A stretch of 64,000 bases of DNA, taken from assembly GCA_023267885.1 (NCBI GenBank), contig JALNLB010000003.1:12792-76791 (forward strand), written 5' to 3'. The notes beneath the pieces are model-generated. The model was not told the DNA's origin. It made no database searches and worked only from the letters and a program-made list of their open reading frames with translations. This DNA is from Candidatus Terraquivivens ruidianensis (GTDB lineage Archaea; Thermoproteota; Nitrososphaeria_A; Caldarchaeales; Wolframiiraptoraceae). Both the position numbers and the translations under genes were made by a program. How positions within the stretch are numbered: position 1 is the stretch's first letter; the number at the start of each line of letters is the position of its first letter. Below, piece after piece: positions 47,711 to 57,545 of this stretch.

Positions 47711-48343
47711 TCATCGCATGTATGAGGCTATCAAAGTAATCCCGCGTCTTTCCGCCTCCTTACTTGCTGAAGGATGTATGAGGTAGCCGAACATCAATTT
47801 GTATGCTGGCATGCCGAGATAATTCTCAATAATCTTCACCTTTCGGTCAAACTCCTCGACGTCCCTGCCGTATATTCTTGACCTAACCTCTCCTACAACC
47901 TTAACCGTCTCGCCGTTTTTCTTGCCGTCGCCGTAGAGGTCAACCTGTACCTCCTCACCATCTATAACAAAAAATGTCCTACCGACCTCGACCTCTATGC
48001 CCTCATGTCTATAAAGCCAGCCGGGGACAACGACCTGTGCTATATCCTCAAGCCCGAAGCCAATAACCTCTGATAACTTGCCTACCTGAACCGCAAGCTC
48101 TTTTAGCGCCGCATCTGTCCTCTGCTGAGCCTCAGCAAGCCTTGCCACCGCATCCTCCAGCCTCCCAACCCTTTCCTCTGTCCTCTGCTGAGCCTCAGCA
48201 AGCCTTGCCACCGCATCCTCCAGCCTCGTGCTCGACCTCCTCAAATCTTCCATTCCTAGCATTCCGGCTACGGCATACCTGAATTCTTCGTCTTCTCTTA
48301 GTAACCTGATGAACTTCTTTTTTGTCTGGCTACTTACGGACAT
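47711..48343 (-). CDS. Coiled-coil protein with a C-terminal PD-(D/E)xK-like/DUF3782-like domain. It contains an internal 21-aa tandem repeat.
   Basis: RLEDAVARLAEAQQRT appears twice, encoded by a 63-bp tandem duplication. Confidence 0.45.
   Translation of the reverse strand: MSVSSQTKKKFIRLLREDEEFRYAVAGMLGMEDLRRSSTRLEDAVARLAEAQQRTEERVGRLEDAVARLAEAQQRTDAALKELAVQVGKLSEVIGFGLEDIAQVVVPGWLYRHEGIEVEVGRTFFVIDGEEVQVDLYGDGKKNGETVKVVGEVRSRIYGRDVEEFDRKVKIIENYLGMPAYKLMFGYLIHPSASKEAERRGITLIASYMR
48113..48226. repeat. Tandem direct repeat, two copies of a 51-bp core with period 63 bp
   Basis: tctgtcctctgctgagcctcagcaagccttgccaccgcatcctccagcctc at 48113 and again at 48176. Confidence 0.85.
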
Positions 48344-48657
48344 CCTGCAGCACGTCTAGCCTTTCTAATATAAAACCATTCAATACGCGCACTCACATAG
48401 TCCATCGCTGGCCTACTTAGAAAGGGTTTTTACTGTACAATAATTTCTGGATAGTTCAGATGTTCTTGAAAGCATCCAGAGAGTATTGCCTCGTCGCAGC
48501 CCCACCAGCTCTGCCGTTTCATAGGAGATTCTGCATGTAATACCGTGAAATTCTTAAAGGCGCTTTGACGGTGTGCTTTAAATTTTTGACTTCTACGTTC
48601 TGATTCCTTGAAATTTTGTGTATTCTAATCAGTAGAATGTCTCTAGAAACGAGCTGG

Positions 48658-48665
48658 TTAAATAA
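48658..48665 (+). promoter_or_regulatory. Candidate TATA box for the giant surface-protein gene
   Basis: ttaaataa lies about 38 nt upstream of the ATG at 48704. Confidence 0.3.
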
Positions 48666-48703
48666 AGCAGGTACAAGCATTCGGTCGCAAAATTGCGAGC
48701 GTG

Positions 48704-51700
48704 ATGAGAAAAATGGATAGACGTGCGAAGATAACCGCGCTGGCGCTTTTGGTAGTGATGGTTGCGGCAGTTATACTTCCTGCCGCGATCGTTCAGGTTA
48801 CAACAGCGCAGGCATACCATGAGGCATGGTTCAAGATAGTCACTTCTGCATGGAAAGGAACCCATAGATGGGAGTTCACAGGTTTTCCAGGTACGGGCTC
48901 TTTGGGCACTACAGGCTATTGGGATGAATATTATCCGCCAGTCTTCCCGATAGCAGACCAGTGGGGTATAATACCTGCAAGGTACAACCTAACGAAGATA
49001 GGTTCTGACGGTATCCCGACGTTGGAGCCGAACGTCGAGGTCGCAGTTTACTACCCGACAGGTCTTGAACCAAACCCCGTTGCATATTCTACGTTCACGC
49101 CGAACGGTACTGGCTTCGTAAAGGTTACATGGCCTAAAGACTGGCAAAACGTCACTATAGCAGTAAAGGCAAAGAGCTGGTACGGAGAGCCGATAAGGAC
49201 ATCTTCCAACAGGCTATACGAAGGAATTATACTGTTTATGATTAAGATAAATGCTACTAGGTACGAGTACGTTCGCAACGGCATAACTTCTGGTACTCTG
49301 TGGAGACCTAACGCGACCTTCATGTACAACGGTAGAGTAGGCATTCATCCATTCCTAGGAATGTTTGACTTTAGATACAGCGGGCCGGTTGTGTTCTGGT
49401 CGAAGGTAAGAGCCGACTCGGCCATTACCGACCTAGGTCCGGGTGCGTTCGCAGCATTCCACGCCAACGCTTCATACGCATTCCTTGCCAACTGCTCAAT
49501 TCTGTGGAAGAAGTTCCACACGCACACTTGGTATGGCATAAGGGACAACCTAAGCTATGCCCAGGTAAGGGTATACGACCTGAACTACACTGCCAACTCC
49601 CTTGGAGGAGTATCGGCACTGAGCGAGGCAACGCTGGTCGGAGCTGGAGTAACGAAGGCTCTCTACAGAGGTGATTCAAAGCTCAGGGATGCGGCTGACG
49701 GTCAGACTCCTTGGATACCCATACCCACCCAGACATTCCACCTGGGACTGAGGCTACCGTTCGCCCTCAGACATCCAACTGGAGATTTTGGCTTCGGCAA
49801 CGCCAGCTTCCCAGCAGGCCAGGCTAACACTGGCCCCCATCTGAACGCTACCGTCAGAGTTTGGTGGGAGACCGTCCTAGTAAACCAGACGAGGTACAGC
49901 TTCTGGGACAACCATACCATTTCTGAGAATCCAGACAGCATTATGGACACTTACGTAGACGCACCAGGTCCTCTAAACTTCACGCGTGGCGGATGGTTCA
50001 AGACACAAGATTACCATGGTATAGCGCCAAACCATAACAGCTCGTTAAACCACCTGAACTGTACGGTGTTCTACGCCAAGTTCCAGGCGAACGATACTGA
50101 CACGAGGGCAAAACACAGGACCTTCGGCGACGCTCTGGTCGATGCTCAAGTGCTAATAGTGTTGACGAAGCAGAAGGCAGGCGATGCAGGGCCAGTAGTT
50201 TACTTTGATAAGGATGAGATTGGTCTGACGAATGCTTCCAACACAGCGCTCCCAGGCCGTCATCCAGGCTATACAGACACCGTAAAGGGCTCCTCCATGG
50301 TGGGAGCTGAGGCCAACTTTACTGCTTTAGGTTACATGAGGTTCCCGAACTCATCGGTATTCTACTATGGAGGATACAAGATTGGAACTACACAGAAGGA
50401 TGTTAACCACCCATGGGTACTATACGACTACCCAGTAGTCTTCCACCCGGAGGATGCTGTGAACAGAGCAGAGGCTCTGGAGAGGCCGTGCACGAAGATA
50501 GTAAACATCAAGGAGCTGAACACGATAAGCCTTGACGATGACAAAGACAAGTGGGGCACTTTCAAGGGCATATTGGTACAAGTTAAGTGGAAGGGAGGTC
50601 CTGCTGGCGTATACGGAGGAGAATTCGTAACTGTAAACTCGACGCATATAACTAACCCATACGCCATAGCCCTCCGCAACGCATCATGGATTGTGCCTAC
50701 GAACCCAATACTGGTCAGGGCGACCCACGATGCTCTCAGCAGGTTTGATACGCCCGCCATCATGAGAGACCAGTACGGTATCAGAGGCCCGGTCTTCCCC
50801 AGACTCAGCAGGGGTGTTCTCACGCTTGGCGGCATATACCTTCTCAACTGTACTGTTTACGACCTTATGCTCCAGATAGTCGACAAGATGCTATCACCGC
50901 TCGAGCCTGCTGACACGAAGGTAGTCCTATACAGGCCGAACGGTCCTCCGGTAGAGTTCCAGGGCCTGCCTACAGAGCATACTGTACTGCTATCCGATGG
51001 AACACCAGTCTACAACGTCGTATTCTATGACTGGATATCGGCTAACGGAACGTTGTTGCTATTCCAGCTACCAGGCGATACGGGCGCTTATGGCATCAGG
51101 GTCTACTACCAAGGCGTTCTCGTCTACGATGAGCTGTTCCTGATACCCAAGCTGATAAAGACAGAGAACCTTACATTGGTAACGAACGTCTATAAGGTTC
51201 TGATAAAGGTGACGGATGCGCACGACGAGGGCTTGGCTTACACACCCGTATGGTACATACACCCAACTTACGGAGAAGTATTGGTCAACACTGCAGATGA
51301 CGGTAAGATAGATTTAGGAAAGACACCAATACCTGTCGGCGGTGGGGTAACGCTACCCACGCTGAAGTTCACTGGTGTTTACTGGAAGGGAGTTAAGGTA
51401 AAGTTCCTTGTGAAGGATGCGGTAAAGTATCCAGACGGCACGACGGCTGACTCAGAGCCTGACGGTTCCGTGTTCGTAGATACATCTAAGAGCGCATACA
51501 CGCCGATAATCGTTAGGGCAAGGATAACTGACCTAATATTCTACACATGGGACTTCCAGAAGGTTGAGAAGATAAACAATGTCAACATAACGATGTCTTG
51601 GTGGGGATACAACATAACGACTGGCAAGATTATAAAGTTCATAGAGACGATGGACCCAGGCGAAAGTAAGGACGTCGACCCGACAAAGCCAAGGCCGCCT

Positions 51701-54700
51701 ATCGGCGTACCGTGGGATTTGGCATTTGACCTGCAGAATTACAACACCTCAAGGATAGTCGCCCAGTTCTTCAGATACAAGATTACTTACTACATGGGCG
51801 AGGCCAAGGTGGTATTCCACCAGATGCCTGCTCTTGATGAGGAGGTCAACAGGCCTTGCATAAACGTAACGACGTCTACTATGACATGGAGATGGACCGG
51901 CTCGAACCATGAGAGGAAGCATTTCTCTGAGCTAATAGGTTGGGCCGGAGGCGCGGGTACATTCGCCGGAAACGCAACGCCTGGCTCTAACCTGTGGGAC
52001 AGTGTTACGACAGCTGAAGATGAGGCACATGGAAGGGTCGTGCTAAGGGTTATACCCAAGGCATTCAACCCTGACGTTTACTACGAAGACATAATCAAGG
52101 CTCTGAAGTTCGAGGAGCTTACGTTCTGCCAGAGGATAGCCATCGACCTTCCGCTCTGGGCTATGGGCTTCGACGTCGTTGCGATAAACGGTGAGAGATG
52201 GCTTGGCGGCGCAGAGTTCACGATAGTCAACGACGTAAACAGGACGATGATAACGCTAGTGACGAAGAGCGATGCGCCGATAACGCTAAGGTCGATAGTG
52301 AACAAGACGAACCCATTACTATCTAGGATATGGTGGAACAGCTCATCCCACTGGACGACTTACAACTTAGGCCCAAGCGGTAGGGCTAGGATACACGTAC
52401 CCGTCGCAGGCCAGGCGATGGTCGGCGCGATTGGAAGGGGATACAGGACAGAGTCCCTGACCTTCAAGACCGACATGGGTGTTACAGTGAGGAACTTCAC
52501 TTGGTACAGGTACGGCGGCGTATGGGCCGCTAACATAGGTCCGTGGCCAGACCGGGTCTCTGCTAACTACACGTTCTACGTGACGCCGAACGTAGCGCTG
52601 AAGGATGCATGGGCCACGAAGAAGACGATGGTTAGGGTCTGGGTCTGGAGCTTTGCAGAAGGCACGATGCCAGCAAAATACGACATTCCGTACATCTACG
52701 ATAAGCAGCTACTCAGGGTTCCGCTGCCCGTTGGCTTCATAACGCTGGAGCTGACTGACCAGGGTGGCGCTAGACCACTCAAGTACGCTTTTGTAAACAT
52801 AACAGCCCACATCAACGCTACTGTAGATGATGTGTGGCCGAGGTTCGTCGTCTACCCAGGGCCTGACGGAAAGGCACAGTGGGCAGGAAAGGTCGATTCT
52901 GAAGGAAAGGCAGAGATAATCGCACCGACTGCAGGATACCTGAACTACACGAGCAAGAAGTTTGGATATGAAGGTGATCCAGTAAGGTTCAAGACCTTCA
53001 ACATAACGGTATACTGGTACCTGAACAGCAGCGTCGTCTACGAGGCTTACTTCAACCTGACGAAGATGGGATGGAAGGTAGACAAGGTAGCGGTTGCAGA
53101 CGTCGTTCTGCACCACACGATATGCTCAGACCTTAACAGGGTAGTCAAGGGACTATACGCAGACGTGGCATGGAGGAACGTGACGGCGCCTGCCAATTTC
53201 GTGCACCCAGGCATACTGACTGCCGACGACGAGAAGTGGACGTGGACGCTGACGGAGATAGACGAGACGAAGGGGAAGGCAGCATGGACAACTGGAACAG
53301 TCGAGCTTAACCTAGTACCGACGGCTATGAAGTTCAAGGTCTACGACTGGTTCCTACAGAGGGAAGTCACGTGGAACGTAAGCCATCTATGGAGGGTCGC
53401 AGCGTGGTACACCGACCTGAAGAAAGGACCCGTACAGTTCGAAGGCGAGAGCTACAAGCAGCTGATGTTCGGTAGCGGCACTGATAAGTCACCAGTCAAC
53501 TCTGCTGTCTACATAATAATAGGCGCAGCACCATTCGACCACACGACGTACAGATGGACGAGAGCGAGCACTGATGTGCTAAGCGGCTGGTGGCCGGCAA
53601 CTACTGGTAGTGATGCGGACGGAAGTGGAGCACGATTTGTTGGTAAGATAGGCAGGTATCATCCTGTTACTTCGATAGGACTCATCGATTACTACGGTAC
53701 CGTCAAGACCAAAGAGGTCGTCGAGGCAACAAGGACAGTCAAGCTAGTGGCGCTTAAGCTGAACGCAACAGACTTGGCAGTAAAGGTAGCATGGCAGAGA
53801 GGAGAGAACGAGACGGCCACTTACATAACTGGTCCGCTGGTAGGCTGGAAGGTAAAGCTGACCTACGTACCGCCATACGAGTACCTATCTGATGCTGAAA
53901 GGGATGCTCTATGGACTGCATGGAGGAGGACGCTGGAGGTAACGACAGATGACGAGGGATTTGCATGGTTCAGGAGTGGTGACACACCGGAGACGGTCAT
54001 ATGGAACGCAAGCAGGATAAAGGCAGGAATGACCAGGGAGGCATCATGGCTTGTCGTCAGCCCGCCTGCTTACATGCTGAACGAGAAGGACCCGTACTGG
54101 CGTGACAACGTCGTAAAGCCTGGCGCTGAGGCACACGGCCTTAGCGTCTTCGAGGGAACGCAGGACCCAGCTGCCATGGTCGGCGTAGACCTTACACCGG
54201 AGGGATACTTCTCATGGCTGCCAGACCCATCGCTATGGGTAAGTGATGAGTGGTTTAGCACTATCTACTCCTTGTATGGCTATCCAGGTATGTGGACTTT
54301 CTATAACGAGTGGGGTGCAGGACTATGGTTGCCTTCACTCTTTGGCGAGGGATACAGTGGAAGCTCCGGATGGGCAAGGATAGCAGGCGCATGGTACGCA
54401 AGGATAAACGTATGGCCTAACAACCCAGCGACATCCCAGCACGTGCCTTACACGCCAGTGTTCCAGTACATGGAAGTAACGGCACAGATAAGGGACTTCA
54501 ACGGAAGGCCGCTGCCAGGCGCATTCTTCTGGATGATAGACTCGGTAACTGGCAAGACGGCAGGCTGGTCCTATGCTGGTAAGGACGGCCTCACTGAAAA
54601 AGTATACCTGAGGAAGCCTGAGTTCACCCTGCTGCTCAGAGTCCACTACCTAGGCAGGGATGCTGAAGGCCATCCAGCATGGCCGTTCAACGCCTTCGGA

Positions 54701-56086
54701 AAGTGGCCGGCTAGCTACTACAGCGATGCAGACGAGACAGAGCCAGGACCTGGAATATTCGGAGAGCTAGCAAAGAGGGTAAAGGTAACGACATTAGCCC
54801 ACGAGTATCATGGTGTTTGGAGGGTCAGGCCAGGCGTCCACTGGGATATAACGGCGAGGATATTCGACATAAGGGTAAGGCATTACTACGAGACTGCTAA
54901 GCCGATAGAGGTTGATGCAACGTTCTACAGGGAGTTCCCAGATAAGCTAGGTGGAACGGTTGAGTTCAAGGCTAAGGAGATCATAGAGGTCAAGAGGCTG
55001 AACAGGGGAACCTACGAGGAGATAGCCAAGTGGCTCGGAGTTGCAGTAGGAAGGAAGAGCTTCGACCTTAGCGCTGCCAACGTAGGAACGGTCGCCGCCG
55101 AGCTTGAGTGTGCCGTCGGTGACATAAGCGTGACCGCCAAGGACATAACTGGAAGGGTGCTGAGTGACGCCATCGCAAAGTTCGAGGGCGTCGAGCAGAA
55201 GCTGACGATACCGCCGGAGATACTTGAGAAGTACGGTATTGCGAGCGAGGAGGATGCTAAGACGTTGAAGGCAGTAGGCGCAGTGTTCGTGACGAGGTTG
55301 CCGATACCGACGAACATAAGGTACAGCCTAGACCTCTCATGGACCTCGCCTGACTTCGGAACGGATGCAAAGGTCTCAGTGGTCGACACGGTCAGCGGAC
55401 TTAACGCCAGGAGGGAGATAACGCTGCCTGTTGGCGTCGTTACGATCAACGTCGTGGACGGCAAGGGAAGGGCCATAGCAGGAGCCGAGGTGTCGCTAGG
55501 ACCAGTAAAGGCTAAGACAGATGCAGCAGGAAAGGCGGTGTTCGAGAGCGTACCGCTCGAGAGGGAAGGCAGGGGCATAGCCTACCAGATAACCGTCACA
55601 CGCGAGGGTGAGGTGGTCTACAGGGAGACCGAGACCTTCTCGGTAGCTAAGACCTCGATAACGGTCATAGGAGAGCTGTATGACCTTAGTGTGCTGGTGA
55701 AGGGTGCCGCAGGCCAAGGCCTGCCGTTCGCAACGGTAACGTTGAAGAGGGCAGGCGTGGTGGTGGGACACTTCACGACCGACGAGGGAGGTGCAGTGAC
55801 GATACCGAAGCTAGTGGCCGCAGACTACGAGGTAGAGGTTGCGTACAAGGGATACACAGGGACGGCCACCATCTCGAAGGCAGACCTGACGGCTGGCAAG
55901 AGGGCTGAGGTAACGCTGCCGCCATACGTAGAGATAGCCGGCATGCCTCTGACGTTCGCCACGTTCCTAGCCTTGATAATCGGCATAGTCCTGCTGGTCA
56001 TAGTAGTAGTCGTCATAGCATTCGAGTACGTGCGCTGGCGCGGTAGAAGGGTGGGAATATTCCCGCCTCCGCCACCAAAGAAGTAG
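48704..56086 (+). CDS. Giant (2460 aa) secreted, sequon-rich surface protein with a C-terminal TM anchor. It is a candidate S-layer or stalk glycoprotein.
   Basis: Signal peptide, more than 40 N-x-S/T sequons, two C-terminal CarboxypepD_reg/Cna-B-like beta-sandwich repeats, a TM helix and a RRVGIFPPPPPKK tail. Confidence 0.7.
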   Translation: MRKMDRRAKITALALLVVMVAAVILPAAIVQVTTAQAYHEAWFKIVTSAWKGTHRWEFTGFPGTGSLGTTGYWDEYYPPVFPIADQWGIIPARYNLTKIGSDGIPTLEPNVEVAVYYPTGLEPNPVAYSTFTPNGTGFVKVTWPKDWQNVTIAVKAKSWYGEPIRTSSNRLYEGIILFMIKINATRYEYVRNGITSGTLWRPNATFMYNGRVGIHPFLGMFDFRYSGPVVFWSKVRADSAITDLGPGAFAAFHANASYAFLANCSILWKKFHTHTWYGIRDNLSYAQVRVYDLNYTANSLGGVSALSEATLVGAGVTKALYRGDSKLRDAADGQTPWIPIPTQTFHLGLRLPFALRHPTGDFGFGNASFPAGQANTGPHLNATVRVWWETVLVNQTRYSFWDNHTISENPDSIMDTYVDAPGPLNFTRGGWFKTQDYHGIAPNHNSSLNHLNCTVFYAKFQANDTDTRAKHRTFGDALVDAQVLIVLTKQKAGDAGPVVYFDKDEIGLTNASNTALPGRHPGYTDTVKGSSMVGAEANFTALGYMRFPNSSVFYYGGYKIGTTQKDVNHPWVLYDYPVVFHPEDAVNRAEALERPCTKIVNIKELNTISLDDDKDKWGTFKGILVQVKWKGGPAGVYGGEFVTVNSTHITNPYAIALRNASWIVPTNPILVRATHDALSRFDTPAIMRDQYGIRGPVFPRLSRGVLTLGGIYLLNCTVYDLMLQIVDKMLSPLEPADTKVVLYRPNGPPVEFQGLPTEHTVLLSDGTPVYNVVFYDWISANGTLLLFQLPGDTGAYGIRVYYQGVLVYDELFLIPKLIKTENLTLVTNVYKVLIKVTDAHDEGLAYTPVWYIHPTYGEVLVNTADDGKIDLGKTPIPVGGGVTLPTLKFTGVYWKGVKVKFLVKDAVKYPDGTTADSEPDGSVFVDTSKSAYTPIIVRARITDLIFYTWDFQKVEKINNVNITMSWWGYNITTGKIIKFIETMDPGESKDVDPTKPRPPIGVPWDLAFDLQNYNTSRIVAQFFRYKITYYMGEAKVVFHQMPALDEEVNRPCINVTTSTMTWRWTGSNHERKHFSELIGWAGGAGTFAGNATPGSNLWDSVTTAEDEAHGRVVLRVIPKAFNPDVYYEDIIKALKFEELTFCQRIAIDLPLWAMGFDVVAINGERWLGGAEFTIVNDVNRTMITLVTKSDAPITLRSIVNKTNPLLSRIWWNSSSHWTTYNLGPSGRARIHVPVAGQAMVGAIGRGYRTESLTFKTDMGVTVRNFTWYRYGGVWAANIGPWPDRVSANYTFYVTPNVALKDAWATKKTMVRVWVWSFAEGTMPAKYDIPYIYDKQLLRVPLPVGFITLELTDQGGARPLKYAFVNITAHINATVDDVWPRFVVYPGPDGKAQWAGKVDSEGKAEIIAPTAGYLNYTSKKFGYEGDPVRFKTFNITVYWYLNSSVVYEAYFNLTKMGWKVDKVAVADVVLHHTICSDLNRVVKGLYADVAWRNVTAPANFVHPGILTADDEKWTWTLTEIDETKGKAAWTTGTVELNLVPTAMKFKVYDWFLQREVTWNVSHLWRVAAWYTDLKKGPVQFEGESYKQLMFGSGTDKSPVNSAVYIIIGAAPFDHTTYRWTRASTDVLSGWWPATTGSDADGSGARFVGKIGRYHPVTSIGLIDYYGTVKTKEVVEATRTVKLVALKLNATDLAVKVAWQRGENETATYITGPLVGWKVKLTYVPPYEYLSDAERDALWTAWRRTLEVTTDDEGFAWFRSGDTPETVIWNASRIKAGMTREASWLVVSPPAYMLNEKDPYWRDNVVKPGAEAHGLSVFEGTQDPAAMVGVDLTPEGYFSWLPDPSLWVSDEWFSTIYSLYGYPGMWTFYNEWGAGLWLPSLFGEGYSGSSGWARIAGAWYARINVWPNNPATSQHVPYTPVFQYMEVTAQIRDFNGRPLPGAFFWMIDSVTGKTAGWSYAGKDGLTEKVYLRKPEFTLLLRVHYLGRDAEGHPAWPFNAFGKWPASYYSDADETEPGPGIFGELAKRVKVTTLAHEYHGVWRVRPGVHWDITARIFDIRVRHYYETAKPIEVDATFYREFPDKLGGTVEFKAKEIIEVKRLNRGTYEEIAKWLGVAVGRKSFDLSAANVGTVAAELECAVGDISVTAKDITGRVLSDAIAKFEGVEQKLTIPPEILEKYGIASEEDAKTLKAVGAVFVTRLPIPTNIRYSLDLSWTSPDFGTDAKVSVVDTVSGLNARREITLPVGVVTINVVDGKGRAIAGAEVSLGPVKAKTDAAGKAVFESVPLEREGRGIAYQITVTREGEVVYRETETFSVAKTSITVIGELYDLSVLVKGAAGQGLPFATVTLKRAGVVVGHFTTDEGGAVTIPKLVAADYEVEVAYKGYTGTATISKADLTAGKRAEVTLPPYVEIAGMPLTFATFLALIIGIVLLVIVVVVIAFEYVRWRGRRVGIFPPPPPKK

Positions 56087-56120
56087 GAGCCTGCGGCGCT
56101 CCTACAAATCCCCCTTTTTA
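56087..56120 (+). terminator. Hairpin plus T-tract terminator after the giant gene
   Basis: GGAGC-ctgcggc-GCTCC followed by cccccttttta. Confidence 0.4.
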
Positions 56121-56134
56121 TTGGTAAAATTCAC

Positions 56135-56980
56135 GTGCTAGGAATATCTCTGCATCTTTATGCAAGCCCTAAGCTTTATTATGAGCTAGACGGCTCGCCT
56201 TATACAAAAGCTTATCAAATAGTAAAGCTAATATATTTAATGAAAATGTGGATTCCGAGATGGTTAGGAGAAGGTTATGCTAGGCTCTACTCCTCTTTTT
56301 CTCGTGGTATATTCACGTTTGACGATGTCTGCAAGAGGTTAGGACTCAGCTCCAGTAGGGCGCACATATTCTTATCGGCGTTAAGAAAATCAGGGGCACT
56401 GATAGATTTTAGAAGAGGACGGCCTAGGCTCTACAGGCTCCTCGAACCTAGAAGCTTCATGCTCGTCGCCTCCGGCATAGCGAGCAGACCGCCTAACATC
56501 CAAGGAGAGTACGTGCAGCTGGTATACGACGTCCTGAGAGCCTTGAGGGCGAGCTTAAACCCGATTTCAATGACCGTTTACGGCTCGGTCGCCAGAGGAT
56601 CCGCAGGGCCAACGAGCGACGTAGACATCCTCGTCGTTTCAGACGAATTCAAGGGGAGTTTAGCATCGAGGATAGATAGGTTGCTCGAGGTTGAGCGCGA
56701 CACGGATATACGGGATGAGCTTAAGCTTCTTAGGTCGCACGGAATACACGCTAGCTTAAGCTTTTACCCGATAAGGAGGGAAGAAGCAGGGAAGCTTCCG
56801 CCCCTCTTGCTGGACGTGGCTTACGAGGCGGCCATATTGTTAGATGACGGCTTCCTGAACAACCTTCTCTCAAGATTAAGGTCTAAGCTTGAGCTAATAG
56901 GAGCTAAGCGTTACGTGCTTCAGGACGATAATTGGTACTGGGACCTAGGACCAAGGGCCTCCGAGGTCTGGGCTTTATGA
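56135..56980 (+). CDS. wHTH plus nucleotidyltransferase (Pol-beta superfamily), the MNT-like partner of HEPN
   Basis: VYGSVARGSAGPTSDVDILVV. Confidence 0.75.
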   Translation: MLGISLHLYASPKLYYELDGSPYTKAYQIVKLIYLMKMWIPRWLGEGYARLYSSFSRGIFTFDDVCKRLGLSSSRAHIFLSALRKSGALIDFRRGRPRLYRLLEPRSFMLVASGIASRPPNIQGEYVQLVYDVLRALRASLNPISMTVYGSVARGSAGPTSDVDILVVSDEFKGSLASRIDRLLEVERDTDIRDELKLLRSHGIHASLSFYPIRREEAGKLPPLLLDVAYEAAILLDDGFLNNLLSRLRSKLELIGAKRYVLQDDNWYWDLGPRASEVWAL

Positions 56981-57402
56981 GTGCCCTATTGAGGTTGGCT
57001 AAAGCTTACTTAAGGCAGGCTGCTGACAGGCTAGCAGACGCTAAGGGCGCACTCGAGAGGGGCAACTACCCCTATGCCCTTAGGCTCTCGCAGGAATGTG
57101 TAGAGCTTAGCTTAAAGGCATCGCTTAAGATGGTAGGGATCGAGTATCCAAAGGTTCATGACGTTTCGGACGTCTTGCTAGATTACAGGGAGAGGTTCCC
57201 AGCATGGTTCAAAGAGAAGGTAGATTTCCTCGCTGAAACTTCTAGAAAGCTTAGTAGCAAAAGGGGACTCAGCTTCTACGGTGGAGAGGAGGCTCTGCTC
57301 TCACCCGAGGAGCTGGTAAGCAAAGAGGATGCTGAGGAAGCCATGAGACGCGCCTCAGATACGCTGGAGCTGGTAAGTCGCCTCATGCCCTGTATTGAGT
57401 AA
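56977..57402 (+). CDS. HEPN-domain protein (PF05168-like), coupled by ATGA to the NTase gene
   Basis: LRQAADRLADAKGALERGNYPYALRLSQECVELSLKA. Confidence 0.7.
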   Translation: MSALLRLAKAYLRQAADRLADAKGALERGNYPYALRLSQECVELSLKASLKMVGIEYPKVHDVSDVLLDYRERFPAWFKEKVDFLAETSRKLSSKRGLSFYGGEEALLSPEELVSKEDAEEAMRRASDTLELVSRLMPCIE

Positions 57403-57545
57403 TTGGACATCAGCCGTCATAGAGGAAGCATCCCATGTAGCCTATTTTCCTTTATGTAAATCCTATCCCCATCAGCGTATAACGTCTAGACGTCCATATC
57501 TTAAACCCTTAGGAAACGTATTTCTATGGCTAATCTTACAGAATT

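Noticed and set aside
49051-55771. Many 60-190-aa ORFs on the minus strand within 48.7-56.1 kb
   Set aside because: All lie inside the 7.4-kb giant + strand gene, which has coherent signal-peptide, domain and anchor architecture. They are Ser/Pro/Ala-rich shadow frames.
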